Shown one piece after another: positions 54,288 to 62,774 of a DNA stretch of 64,000 bases. Positions within the stretch are counted from its first letter, which is position 1; each line of letters begins with the position of its first letter. The stretch spans positions 3,168,001 through 3,232,000 of the forward strand of contig CAWDXG010000004.1 of assembly GCA_963806225.1 (NCBI GenBank). Reading direction: 5' to 3'. Both the position numbers and the translations under genes were made by a program. Origin of the DNA: an uncultured delta proteobacterium (GTDB lineage: Bacteria; Myxococcota_A; Polyangia; Polyangiales; Polyangiaceae). The notes under the pieces are model-generated. The model was given only the letters and a program-made list of their open reading frames with translations, did not search any database and was not told the DNA's origin.

Positions 54288-56093
54288 TCACGAGTCGTTG
54301 CGCGCGACCACCGAGCACACTGCACGCAGGGCCCGCTCCTGCGCCGGGTTCAATGCCTTGCCCCGGTACGTGATCGAATAGTGACGCGACTTGCGGTAAC
54401 CGGGGCCCTCGGTGCCGTGGCGGACCTCGACCTGGAATCCCGGCTCCCGGGCATGCTCGAGGTCCACGACGAGCGTGCCCTCCTTGGTGGTGACCCTGGT
54501 TGTGCGCCAACCGGCCGCGAACGCACGCCCCTCCGACAGCGGGCGCATCAGCTCCAGATAGCGGTCGGGAACGGAGTCCGCTTCCGGCTCGTTCCGCATC
54601 GCGTGGAGGCGGTCCAGCACCGAGCTCACGTCCACTTCGGCGAAATGGTCCGCCGACTCGAAGGCGTCGAGCAGACACTTCCAGGTTGCCAGCTCGTCGC
54701 GACCGCCGGTCAGGCGGTGGACCTCGGCGGCCAGGCTTGCGAAGTGTCCCACATCGGCCTCGGCGAAGCGCCAGGGACGAGCAGGAAAGTAGCCGTAGCG
54801 CTTGGCCGAGTCTTCCTCGGCGCTCGAGTACCCGTCGGTCAAGAGCCCATCCCGCTCGGCCAGGTAGTAGAGGGCCGTGTCCGGGTACAACCGCACGCGC
54901 GACACCAGGAGCGCGCCGCGCAGGCGATCGAAGTGGGTCTCCTTGACGGCGTCGTAGTTGGTCGCCAGGTCCGCGAATGTGGTCCACGGCGACAGCAGGA
55001 TGAACCCGTGAGAAGCGTGGTCGAGATCGAGCGTCCCCTTGAAGCGCTCGTTCCAGACCCACAGCTCGCTCACGAAGCGCTTGAGCGTCTCGCTCGTCGT
55101 GCCCTTGTTGAAGCGGTCGAGCTCGGCCTGCGAGAAGTTCTCCACACCGACGAGAAACGGGGAGACTTTCACGTCCGCTTCAGCTGCGGTCGCGAGCGCG
55201 CGTTCAAAGCGCCGCTGGCTCCGGAGAAACCAGTCGGCACGCGTCTCGAGAAGAAGCGTGAAGCCCCCCAGTTGCTCTTCTCTGCAGGTGTCGATCAGCT
55301 CCGCGAGATAGGCGAATGGATTCTGGTCCTTGAGCACAAGGTATTCGAGCCCGGGTGCGTGACCACGCACGTAGCGGAGCTGCGCCAGCACGTCCTCGAC
55401 CGTCGCCTCGGCCGTCTTCGCCTGGTACTCGTTGCCGGTCACGCAGAAGGCGCAGCCGCGGCCGAAGCCGTCGGGAATGTCCGTCCCCGCGTACAGCGGA
55501 TTGTGCCGCGCGTCGGCCTGGTACGGGCAACCGTGGTTGCCCTCGATGGAGAAGGTCCGGAACGACGGTAGGGCTTCGGGATTGACGACGCGCGGCGCGA
55601 GATTGGGCTCCCAGGGACGCGCGGACTTATGGGTCCCCACGTAAGGCGGGCCACGGAACCCGTCGGCCTCGCGCGCGTAGGCCCCCGGCGGCAGCTCCTT
55701 GCGGTCACCGCGGAGGTGCGACAGCAGCGCCGGAACGACCTCGCGGAAGTCCCCGCGGCACAGGTAGTCAGCGGGAGGATTTTCCAGTTCGTGCTCGCCC
55801 GTGCAGTGGATGAAGACCTTCCCGGGAAGCAGCTCCCTGAGCCGCGCGGCGATCTCGCGGTTCCAGACCCGCTCGTAGATGATGATCTCGTACTCCTCGA
55901 GGGTCCGGACCAGACGATCGAAGTCGCTGGCTTCGCCCGGAGCCTGTAGTTCGGCATCGAGCACGGCCACCACGAGGTCGTTGTCGATGTCTTCCCGCCG
56001 CAGATCACCTGAAAGGAGCGCGAGCGAGGCGTCGTCGAGGAAGGAGCGCGCGCCGTGGCTGTGCAGGCTGAGGATCGCGGCTCGACCGGGCAT
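54288..56093 (-). CDS. Atypical radical SAM protein (B12-binding-family-like architecture, Cx24Cx2C)
   Basis: HGCPY-(insert)-RGCAFC, LETRAD, GVENFSQAELDRFNKG, GFILLSPWTT and YPDT. Confidence 0.82.
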   Translation of the reverse strand: MPGRAAILSLHSHGARSFLDDASLALLSGDLRREDIDNDLVVAVLDAELQAPGEASDFDRLVRTLEEYEIIIYERVWNREIAARLRELLPGKVFIHCTGEHELENPPADYLCRGDFREVVPALLSHLRGDRKELPPGAYAREADGFRGPPYVGTHKSARPWEPNLAPRVVNPEALPSFRTFSIEGNHGCPYQADARHNPLYAGTDIPDGFGRGCAFCVTGNEYQAKTAEATVEDVLAQLRYVRGHAPGLEYLVLKDQNPFAYLAELIDTCREEQLGGFTLLLETRADWFLRSQRRFERALATAAEADVKVSPFLVGVENFSQAELDRFNKGTTSETLKRFVSELWVWNERFKGTLDLDHASHGFILLSPWTTFADLATNYDAVKETHFDRLRGALLVSRVRLYPDTALYYLAERDGLLTDGYSSAEEDSAKRYGYFPARPWRFAEADVGHFASLAAEVHRLTGGRDELATWKCLLDAFESADHFAEVDVSSVLDRLHAMRNEPEADSVPDRYLELMRPLSEGRAFAAGWRTTRVTTKEGTLVVDLEHAREPGFQVEVRHGTEGPGYRKSRHYSITYRGKALNPAQERALRAVCSVVARNDS

Positions 56094-56209
56094 CCCGCGT
56101 AGTCTACGAGAAGCGTCCGGACGCGGCCAGCCAGCGCGAGCGCGCACCGCAGCGCCGCCTGCGGCTGCTACGAACGCGTGATACGCTGGCTCGACCGTTT
56201 TCTCGCATC

Positions 56210-59152
56210 ATGAACCGCACCAGTCAGCGAGTCGTCGAAATCCAGGTTCCGGGCGCTTGCGAGCTTTCGTGTCCGGTGTGTCGGTGCAGGGAAACGCCGA
56301 GTCCAGCGTCGCTCCACTCCCAGCTCGACTCCGGCGGAGCGCGCGTCGTGCTCACGGGGGGCACGAGCCACCTCGATGCTATCGCCCGCATCATCGGCCG
56401 GGCCCGCGATGGCGGCTTCCAGCAGATCGTCGTGAGGACCAACGGGCTCTCGTGGACGACGCCCGCGACCGCGGCCGCCCTTGCCCGGAGCGGGGCCAAC
56501 ACGGCGCTCATCCCGATCCTGTCGGACAACCCGAAGATCCACGACCGGATCGCCGGGCGCGAAGGTGCGCTCGTCCAGACGCTCCTGGGGATGCGCGCTC
56601 TGGCTGGCGCCGGCCTGGGGGTGGAAGTCGAGATCACGCTTCTTTCACCGCGCATCTCCCAGCCCGCGAGGATCATCGAGCTGGCGCGTCGCGCGGTGCC
56701 CGACGTGCGGGCTGCGTGGTTCCGGCTGGGTCCGTCCGCCCTGCCACCGTCCATCGCTCCCGCCCCGTGGTCGGTCCTCGGCGGCGCCCTGGCCGAGGCA
56801 CTGGATGCGTGTGCGGCAGCCGGCATCAAGACGGCGCTGCGGCCGCCGGATGGCATTCCCTTCTGCGCACTCAAGGACTTTCCGGAACACCACCGCGCGT
56901 TCGAGTTCAATCCCCGCGCACGACGCCGCCCCCCACCCGGCGCGCACCATATCGCCCCGTGCGAGGCATGCGTCGCGCGCGGGCAGTGTCCCGGCGTCGC
57001 GGGGTCGTACCTCGCAGCGCACGGAGCGACGGACATCGTTCCATTCGAAAAGCGCCCCGAAGCGCTCTACGACCAGCGGACAACGCCACGAAGACGCTGG
57101 ACCGACGAGCAGCGCAAGGCCGCATCGAACCGCAAGCTGCTTGTGCTCAGGCCGACGGTCAACTGCAACCAGGACTGCCTGTTCTGCTCGGCCAACGAGA
57201 CCTCGCAGAACGTCTGGAACGATCCGGGGGCGATGCTCCGCGTGATCGCGCGCGCCGGGCGTCGCGGGGTAGGACGACTCTCGTTCAGCGGGGGCGAGCC
57301 CACGTTGTCGCGCCATCTACCTTCGCTCGTGCAAGCGGCGCGACGCTGCGGCATCGATGCAGTCGAGCTCGTCACGAACGGCGTCCTGCTGGATACCCCC
57401 GAGCGTGTCCAACGGCTCGTGGACGCCGGGCTGACACACGCGTTCGTGTCGCTCCACGCGCACGACGAAGCGCTTTCGCAGAGGCTCACGCAGAAGCTGG
57501 GCGACTTTGCCCGGACTGTGCGCGCCATCGGGCTGCTCGCGGACGCGGGGGTCGAAACGGCGATCAACCACGTGATCACCGCCGCCAATTTCCGGTTTCT
57601 CCCGCACTTCGCTTCGTTCGTGCACGAGCGATTCGGCGGTCGCGTCTACATCTCGTTCGCCTTCGTCACGCCGCAGTACAAGGCACTCGAGAACCTGGAC
57701 CTGCTGCCGCGCATGAGCGAGGTCGTGCCGCACCTCGAGCGGGCCATGCTGCGCTCGGCGGAGCTCGGGCAGCCCTTCGGAGTCGGGTCGCGGCAGGGGA
57801 TCCCTCCGTGCCAGCTGGGCGCGTTCCAGGCCTGGTCGGACGTCTTCGGGCTGATGAACGAAGCACAGACCGAGGACGCTCCGCAGAAGCAACTCGGGCC
57901 CGCCTGCGATCGCTGCCGTTTCAACATGGCCTGCACCGGCCTGTGGAAGCCGTATGCGGATCGCTACGGCTTCGACGAGCTCGAGCCGGTGCCGGGGCCG
58001 CTGCCGGAGATCGACGGCTACGGTCGGGTGGTCGGGATGAATGTCTCGAAGTGGCGCGTGCCCGAAAGCTTCGAGGATGTGCCCGAGGCGCTCCGTGACC
58101 GCGAAGCGGAGGCGCGGGTGCGTGCGCTGGCCAGCACGCCTGCCGCCGAGGAACCGATCCCGGAGATAGCGCCGCATCGTTCGCGACCGCTCCGCGTGGT
58201 GCTGGTCGGCACGGGGCGCCAGGCACGGCGCATCGCCCGTGAAGCGCGGGACGTGCCCGGTCTATCCATCGAAGCGATCGCTTCTCCCCACGCGCCGGAC
58301 GGCGACTTGCGCGATTTCGGCGGCTGTCCCGCCTACCGGGACGCCGCGGAGGCTTTCGACGACATCCGCCCAGAAGCGGCCATCGTGGCAGCGGCGACCC
58401 ATGCCCACCGCGCTGTCGCGGAAGCCGCGCTGCAGCGCGGCATTCCCGTCCTGATGGAGAAGCCGCTCGCACCGAGCGACGCCGACGCCGAGCGCCTCGT
58501 GGAGCTGGCCGGACGGAGCGGTGCGGCGCTCGTCATGGCGCACAATCTGGCGTTCGCCACGGGGCTAGACGCCCTGCTCGACGAAGCGCCGTACCAGCAC
58601 GCCGAGCTGGTGCGACGTTGCCCGCCGCATCTATCCGACGCGCCCCGCGCCTGGAGTCGCTCGGCCTTGTACCAGACCCTGTATCACCTGCTCGTGGTGA
58701 CGGGGCAGGCGTGTGGCGGCGGCGTGCCCCGCGTGGTTTCCACCTCGCACGAGGGCACAGTCCGGCCGGAGCGCATCCGCGTCGCACTCGACTACGAACA
58801 GGGACGTGCGGAGTTGCAGCTCGACTTCTCCGCTACGGATGACGATCTATTCCTCGCGCTATCGAACGGCGAAGCCGCGCACGACGTGTCCTGGCGGCGC
58901 AGCGGGCCGACGGTCACCCTCGAGAGGAACGGCAGCGCGGAGAGCATCCGTGGCGGGGGCAGTGAGATGAGCCGCATGCTCTCGGCGTTCCGCGACGTCG
59001 TTCTACAAGGCGGCCTGCCCGCTGCCACGGCCGGGCAGGCCCTGTCGGTGATGCGCACCTGCGATCGCGTGCTCGACGCGCTAGAGTCCGGGGGCGCCCC
59101 GTTACGCCGCGCGGGACGCCCGAAGCACGTCGCTTCGCCGTCGCTCAGGTGA
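56210..59152 (+). CDS. Tandem double radical SAM protein fused to a Gfo/Idh/MocA oxidoreductase domain
   Basis: Domain 1: CELSCPVC, RTNG, GIPFC, CEACVARGQCPG. Domain 2: CNQDCLFC, SGGEPT, GIPPC, CDRCRFNMACTG. Then VLVGTGRQA and VLMEKPL. Confidence 0.9.
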   Translation: MNRTSQRVVEIQVPGACELSCPVCRCRETPSPASLHSQLDSGGARVVLTGGTSHLDAIARIIGRARDGGFQQIVVRTNGLSWTTPATAAALARSGANTALIPILSDNPKIHDRIAGREGALVQTLLGMRALAGAGLGVEVEITLLSPRISQPARIIELARRAVPDVRAAWFRLGPSALPPSIAPAPWSVLGGALAEALDACAAAGIKTALRPPDGIPFCALKDFPEHHRAFEFNPRARRRPPPGAHHIAPCEACVARGQCPGVAGSYLAAHGATDIVPFEKRPEALYDQRTTPRRRWTDEQRKAASNRKLLVLRPTVNCNQDCLFCSANETSQNVWNDPGAMLRVIARAGRRGVGRLSFSGGEPTLSRHLPSLVQAARRCGIDAVELVTNGVLLDTPERVQRLVDAGLTHAFVSLHAHDEALSQRLTQKLGDFARTVRAIGLLADAGVETAINHVITAANFRFLPHFASFVHERFGGRVYISFAFVTPQYKALENLDLLPRMSEVVPHLERAMLRSAELGQPFGVGSRQGIPPCQLGAFQAWSDVFGLMNEAQTEDAPQKQLGPACDRCRFNMACTGLWKPYADRYGFDELEPVPGPLPEIDGYGRVVGMNVSKWRVPESFEDVPEALRDREAEARVRALASTPAAEEPIPEIAPHRSRPLRVVLVGTGRQARRIAREARDVPGLSIEAIASPHAPDGDLRDFGGCPAYRDAAEAFDDIRPEAAIVAAATHAHRAVAEAALQRGIPVLMEKPLAPSDADAERLVELAGRSGAALVMAHNLAFATGLDALLDEAPYQHAELVRRCPPHLSDAPRAWSRSALYQTLYHLLVVTGQACGGGVPRVVSTSHEGTVRPERIRVALDYEQGRAELQLDFSATDDDLFLALSNGEAAHDVSWRRSGPTVTLERNGSAESIRGGGSEMSRMLSAFRDVVLQGGLPAATAGQALSVMRTCDRVLDALESGGAPLRRAGRPKHVASPSLR

Positions 59153-59209
59153 TCGACTCGACGCACGCGGCCGATTGGGAGGCGCTCGCGCGCGTGGTAA
59201 AGTCACCTC

Positions 59210-60901
59210 ATGCGAGTCGGGTCGGTCGTCCTTGCGCACGTCGAGCCGGACATCCCGGGGCTCTCGTACTCTCCCTTCAGCTACGGCGGCAGGCGGCTGC
59301 AGGCCGTGCTGCGCGCCGATCCCGCGTTTTGCGACGTCCCGGTGGTTCTGCTGGAGAGCCGCTCACGCGACGTCGAGGAGTGGGCGGACCGCATCGCCGG
59401 ACACAAGCCGGATGTGGTCGGGCTGTCTGTCTACGTCTGGTCGTTTCCGACGATGCTGGCGGTTGCGCGCGCGCTCCGTTCGCGTCTCGCCCACTGCCAC
59501 ATCGTGCTGGGCGGCCCTTCTGCCCGCGCCGAGATGCTTGCCCTCGCTCCGTTCCGCGACGCGGTGCACGACATCGACGCGGTGGTGCTCTACGACGGCG
59601 AGTACGCGTTCCGCGACATCCTGACCGCGCTGTCTCGGGACCGCACTCTGGCGACGGTTCCAGGCCTCTTGCTGCCTCGGACCGACCGGTTCGTGCCCTC
59701 TCCAGCCCGCGAGCCCATCGAGAATCTCGACCAGCTGCCTTCACCGCTGTCGCTCGGGCTGACACCCGGGCGGCGCACCGTCCCGCTCGAGACGTACCGC
59801 GGCTGTCCAATGTCCTGCCGATTCTGTCAGTGGGGCGACGGCTCCACGGCGCGCACGTTCTCGGAGGCCTACCTGCGCGACGAACTCGGGGCCATCAAGG
59901 CTCTAGGCCCCGAGAGCGTCCTCCTGGTCGACGCCGGCATCAACCTGAACTCGCGCGCCTTCAGGCACCTGGTCGACGCAGAGCGGTCGGTAGGAGTGTT
60001 CCAGCACAGCCGCCTGTACGGCGCGGTCTATCCAGCGCACGTCAACGACTATCAGCTCGACTTCCTTGCGGGCATCCGCCGCCCGCTTCTCGATCTCGGC
60101 ATCCAGACGTTCGACACGAACGCACTCTCCGAGATGGGGCGCGCGTTCAAGGAGTCGCGGCTTCCGCGAATCCTCGACGACCTGGTGCAGGTGTCGGACA
60201 TCGACATCGAGCTGATACTCGGGCTACCGGGCGACACCCCCGGGTCCTTCCGGCAGACGCTCCACAGAGCTCTCGAGCTTCCCTGCCGCGTACTGCGCGT
60301 CTTCCATTGCCTCGTCCTGCCCGATGCGTTGATGACCAAGACGCCTCCGTCGTACCGCCTGCAGTTCGATCCGGTGACGTTGCGGTTGACGTCATGCACC
60401 GGCTGGTCTCCCGAAGAGCTACGCGGCGAGATCGAACACCTGGAGGCTCTCGTGGCGCGGCGCGGCGGCGCCGTTCTGGAGGACCAATGGGAATTCGTCG
60501 GTCCGCTCTCGACGGCGCGGGACGAGGACACCCGGGGCGAAGCGGGAGGTCGCGACCGCGACGTCGAAGCCGACGACCCCCAGTTGCTGCACGCTTTCAT
60601 ACACGCGCTGGGCAAGCCGTGGGAGAAGGTGGGACTCCATGTGAGCCGCGCACACCTCGTCCCGGGCGGAGCGCGGCTCCGGCTCGAGCACCAGGAGGGA
60701 GCGAACGCCGTCGACGTAGACCTGACGCGCGACGGGGAGCGCCCGTACTTCCTCGAGCACGACGGCGTGAGGCTGAGCTACCAGGCCAGCGAAGTAGCAC
60801 CGGAGTTCCTGCGTGCGGTAGCGCGTGCGGCACCTCTGCTGTGCCGCGCGTACACACGCGTCTGCCCTCGCGACCCGCTGCGCCTACCGCTCGTGCACTG
60901 A
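59210..60901 (+). CDS. Cobalamin-binding-domain radical SAM protein
   Basis: PDVVGLSVYVW, IVLGGP, DGEYAF, LPSP, ETYRGCPMSCRFC, LGIQT and LILGLPGDT. Confidence 0.92.
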   Translation: MRVGSVVLAHVEPDIPGLSYSPFSYGGRRLQAVLRADPAFCDVPVVLLESRSRDVEEWADRIAGHKPDVVGLSVYVWSFPTMLAVARALRSRLAHCHIVLGGPSARAEMLALAPFRDAVHDIDAVVLYDGEYAFRDILTALSRDRTLATVPGLLLPRTDRFVPSPAREPIENLDQLPSPLSLGLTPGRRTVPLETYRGCPMSCRFCQWGDGSTARTFSEAYLRDELGAIKALGPESVLLVDAGINLNSRAFRHLVDAERSVGVFQHSRLYGAVYPAHVNDYQLDFLAGIRRPLLDLGIQTFDTNALSEMGRAFKESRLPRILDDLVQVSDIDIELILGLPGDTPGSFRQTLHRALELPCRVLRVFHCLVLPDALMTKTPPSYRLQFDPVTLRLTSCTGWSPEELRGEIEHLEALVARRGGAVLEDQWEFVGPLSTARDEDTRGEAGGRDRDVEADDPQLLHAFIHALGKPWEKVGLHVSRAHLVPGGARLRLEHQEGANAVDVDLTRDGERPYFLEHDGVRLSYQASEVAPEFLRAVARAAPLLCRAYTRVCPRDPLRLPLVH

Positions 60902-61076
60902 GCACGTCCAGGGTGCAGCCCGATACCCGGCGGGTGAGGAACGCCCGTCGCTCGCGCCGCTCCCGCTGTCCACTCCCCGCCGTCCATCGGGCGTGGAGCG
61001 ACTAGAGCCCAGACGGCCTTGCCGGGATTCGACTCCGCCGGGTCCAGGCCTGGAGCCGACGAGGTACACTCCTCGC

Positions 61077-62225
61077 ATGCCGACCACGAAAGTGCATCGC
61101 GCGCGCGGCTCGCGCGCTGCCGTGTACGGAATCATCGCCTGCACCCTGGCAGTGGACATCTTCGCGATCCGGTCCACCGATCCGGACTTCTTTTTCCCTG
61201 ATCCGTTCAAGTACCTGATCCTCTTCCTCCTGGTCGCCTTCGTGCTGGTGGACCTGGTACGCGCGCCGCGGGTCCGGGTCGCGCTCTTCAGCGTGCTCTT
61301 CGCCATCCCGGCGGTGTCGCTGCTGCTTGAATGGCGCACGGCCGCGCGCGACGCCCGCACCGGGCATCTGATGGTGGAGAAGAGCAGCGACCCCGTGCTC
61401 CGCTTCAACTATCGCCCCGGCTTCGACACCAACGAGAAGTCTCCTTCTGGCGGCGAGCTGAAAATCACCTCCGACTGGCTCTGGGACGTGCCCCACGCTG
61501 TCACCAAACCGAAGGGCACCTATCGTGTCATGGTGCTCGGGGATTCCGTGCCAAACGATCCGACGATTCCGTTCATGTCGCGGTATCCGAAGCGTCTGGA
61601 AGCGAAGCTGAGGAAACGCTTTCCTGGCACGCCGATCCAGGTGATGAACGTGTCCTGCGAGGGATACAACACCGTCCAGGAAGTCGAACTGCTCGAGGAC
61701 GTCGGGCTCAAGTACCACCCGGACCTGGTGGTACTCTCCTACGTGTTGAACGACCCGTTCCTCCAGAACGGCGCGTACCGCCGCATCGGCAACAGCTACT
61801 TCCTGTTCCGTTTGCAGGCGCTCGCTTCGGTGGCCTCTGCCGGCTCGTATTGCCCCGCCTTCCAGACCTTCCAGAAGGGCTATGCCTTCGACCTCATCGT
61901 CCACAACTCGCTGACGCGTCTGCGACTGTTGGCCGATCTCCACAAGTTCGACGTGATCGTCGCGACGCTCCCGATCGTGGAGCGCTTCGACGATCCGGTC
62001 TGTCTGGGTCTGTACGACCGCGTGCTGTCCATCGCGAAGGCGCAGAGATTCGATACCGTGCGCCTGGTGGATGCGTTCCGGGGAAAGAACTACCGGGACT
62101 ACCTCAAGCCTTCGGACTCGCACGACATCACGCATCCGAACAAGGCAGGTCACGAGATCATGGCCACCGCGCTCGCCAAGGTGGTCGCTCCGCACATCGC
62201 AGCGTTTGCTCAGAAGAGCGAGTAG
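61077..62225 (+). CDS. Membrane-anchored SGNH/GDSL hydrolase-family protein
   Basis: Three N-terminal TM helices; VLGDSV, GYNT..E, YVLND and DITHPN..GH. Confidence 0.88.
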   Translation: MPTTKVHRARGSRAAVYGIIACTLAVDIFAIRSTDPDFFFPDPFKYLILFLLVAFVLVDLVRAPRVRVALFSVLFAIPAVSLLLEWRTAARDARTGHLMVEKSSDPVLRFNYRPGFDTNEKSPSGGELKITSDWLWDVPHAVTKPKGTYRVMVLGDSVPNDPTIPFMSRYPKRLEAKLRKRFPGTPIQVMNVSCEGYNTVQEVELLEDVGLKYHPDLVVLSYVLNDPFLQNGAYRRIGNSYFLFRLQALASVASAGSYCPAFQTFQKGYAFDLIVHNSLTRLRLLADLHKFDVIVATLPIVERFDDPVCLGLYDRVLSIAKAQRFDTVRLVDAFRGKNYRDYLKPSDSHDITHPNKAGHEIMATALAKVVAPHIAAFAQKSE

Positions 62226-62767
62226 ATCAGCGGTCCCAGCCCCGTCACGTGGCCCAGCAGGACGCCACCGGCCAGGAGCAGGATCACCACCACGAACGGG
62301 ATCAGCACGGCGGAAGGGCGACTCCACAGGAACTTGAGGAAGGCGAACGCAGCGAGCACGTCGATCAGCATGCGTCCGAAGAAGCGCCGGGATAGAGCCC
62401 GCGAGCGGCCCTTGTCGAGGTCGGCTATCGGCGTCCAGCCCGAGCTCTCTGGGCGGAAAGGCTCCTCGGCGCGTGCTGCGACGCCCAGCCGGCGGAGCAC
62501 CCAGGCGTAGGGGATGAACGCCAGCACGTAGAGCAGCGTGAGCACGACCGTGCCCATCGCTTCGCCGAGCCAACCCAGCACGACGTCGAGAGGTGCGACC
62601 AGTCGGACCGCGCCGGCCGGCCACACGAGCCGCAGGCCGACCAGCAGCCCTCCTGCCGCAACCGCCAGGACATCGCCGAGGCGGGTCCCGTAGACGAGCA
62701 GACGCATTCCGCCGACCCCGACGGCGAGGATACCAAGCGCCAGCGCGAGCGCTCGGCGCCGTCGCAT
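62210..62767 (-). CDS. SxtJ-like membrane protein fused to SxtK/DUF5989-like peptide
   Basis: TM helices with VLTLLYVLAFIPY and SGW, then FLWSR..VLIP..V.LLL...PLIYSLF; downstream of the carbamoyltransferase. Confidence 0.7.
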   Translation of the reverse strand: MRRRRALALALGILAVGVGGMRLLVYGTRLGDVLAVAAGGLLVGLRLVWPAGAVRLVAPLDVVLGWLGEAMGTVVLTLLYVLAFIPYAWVLRRLGVAARAEEPFRPESSGWTPIADLDKGRSRALSRRFFGRMLIDVLAAFAFLKFLWSRPSAVLIPFVVVILLLAGGVLLGHVTGLGPLIYSLF

Positions 62768-62774
62768 GACGCTC

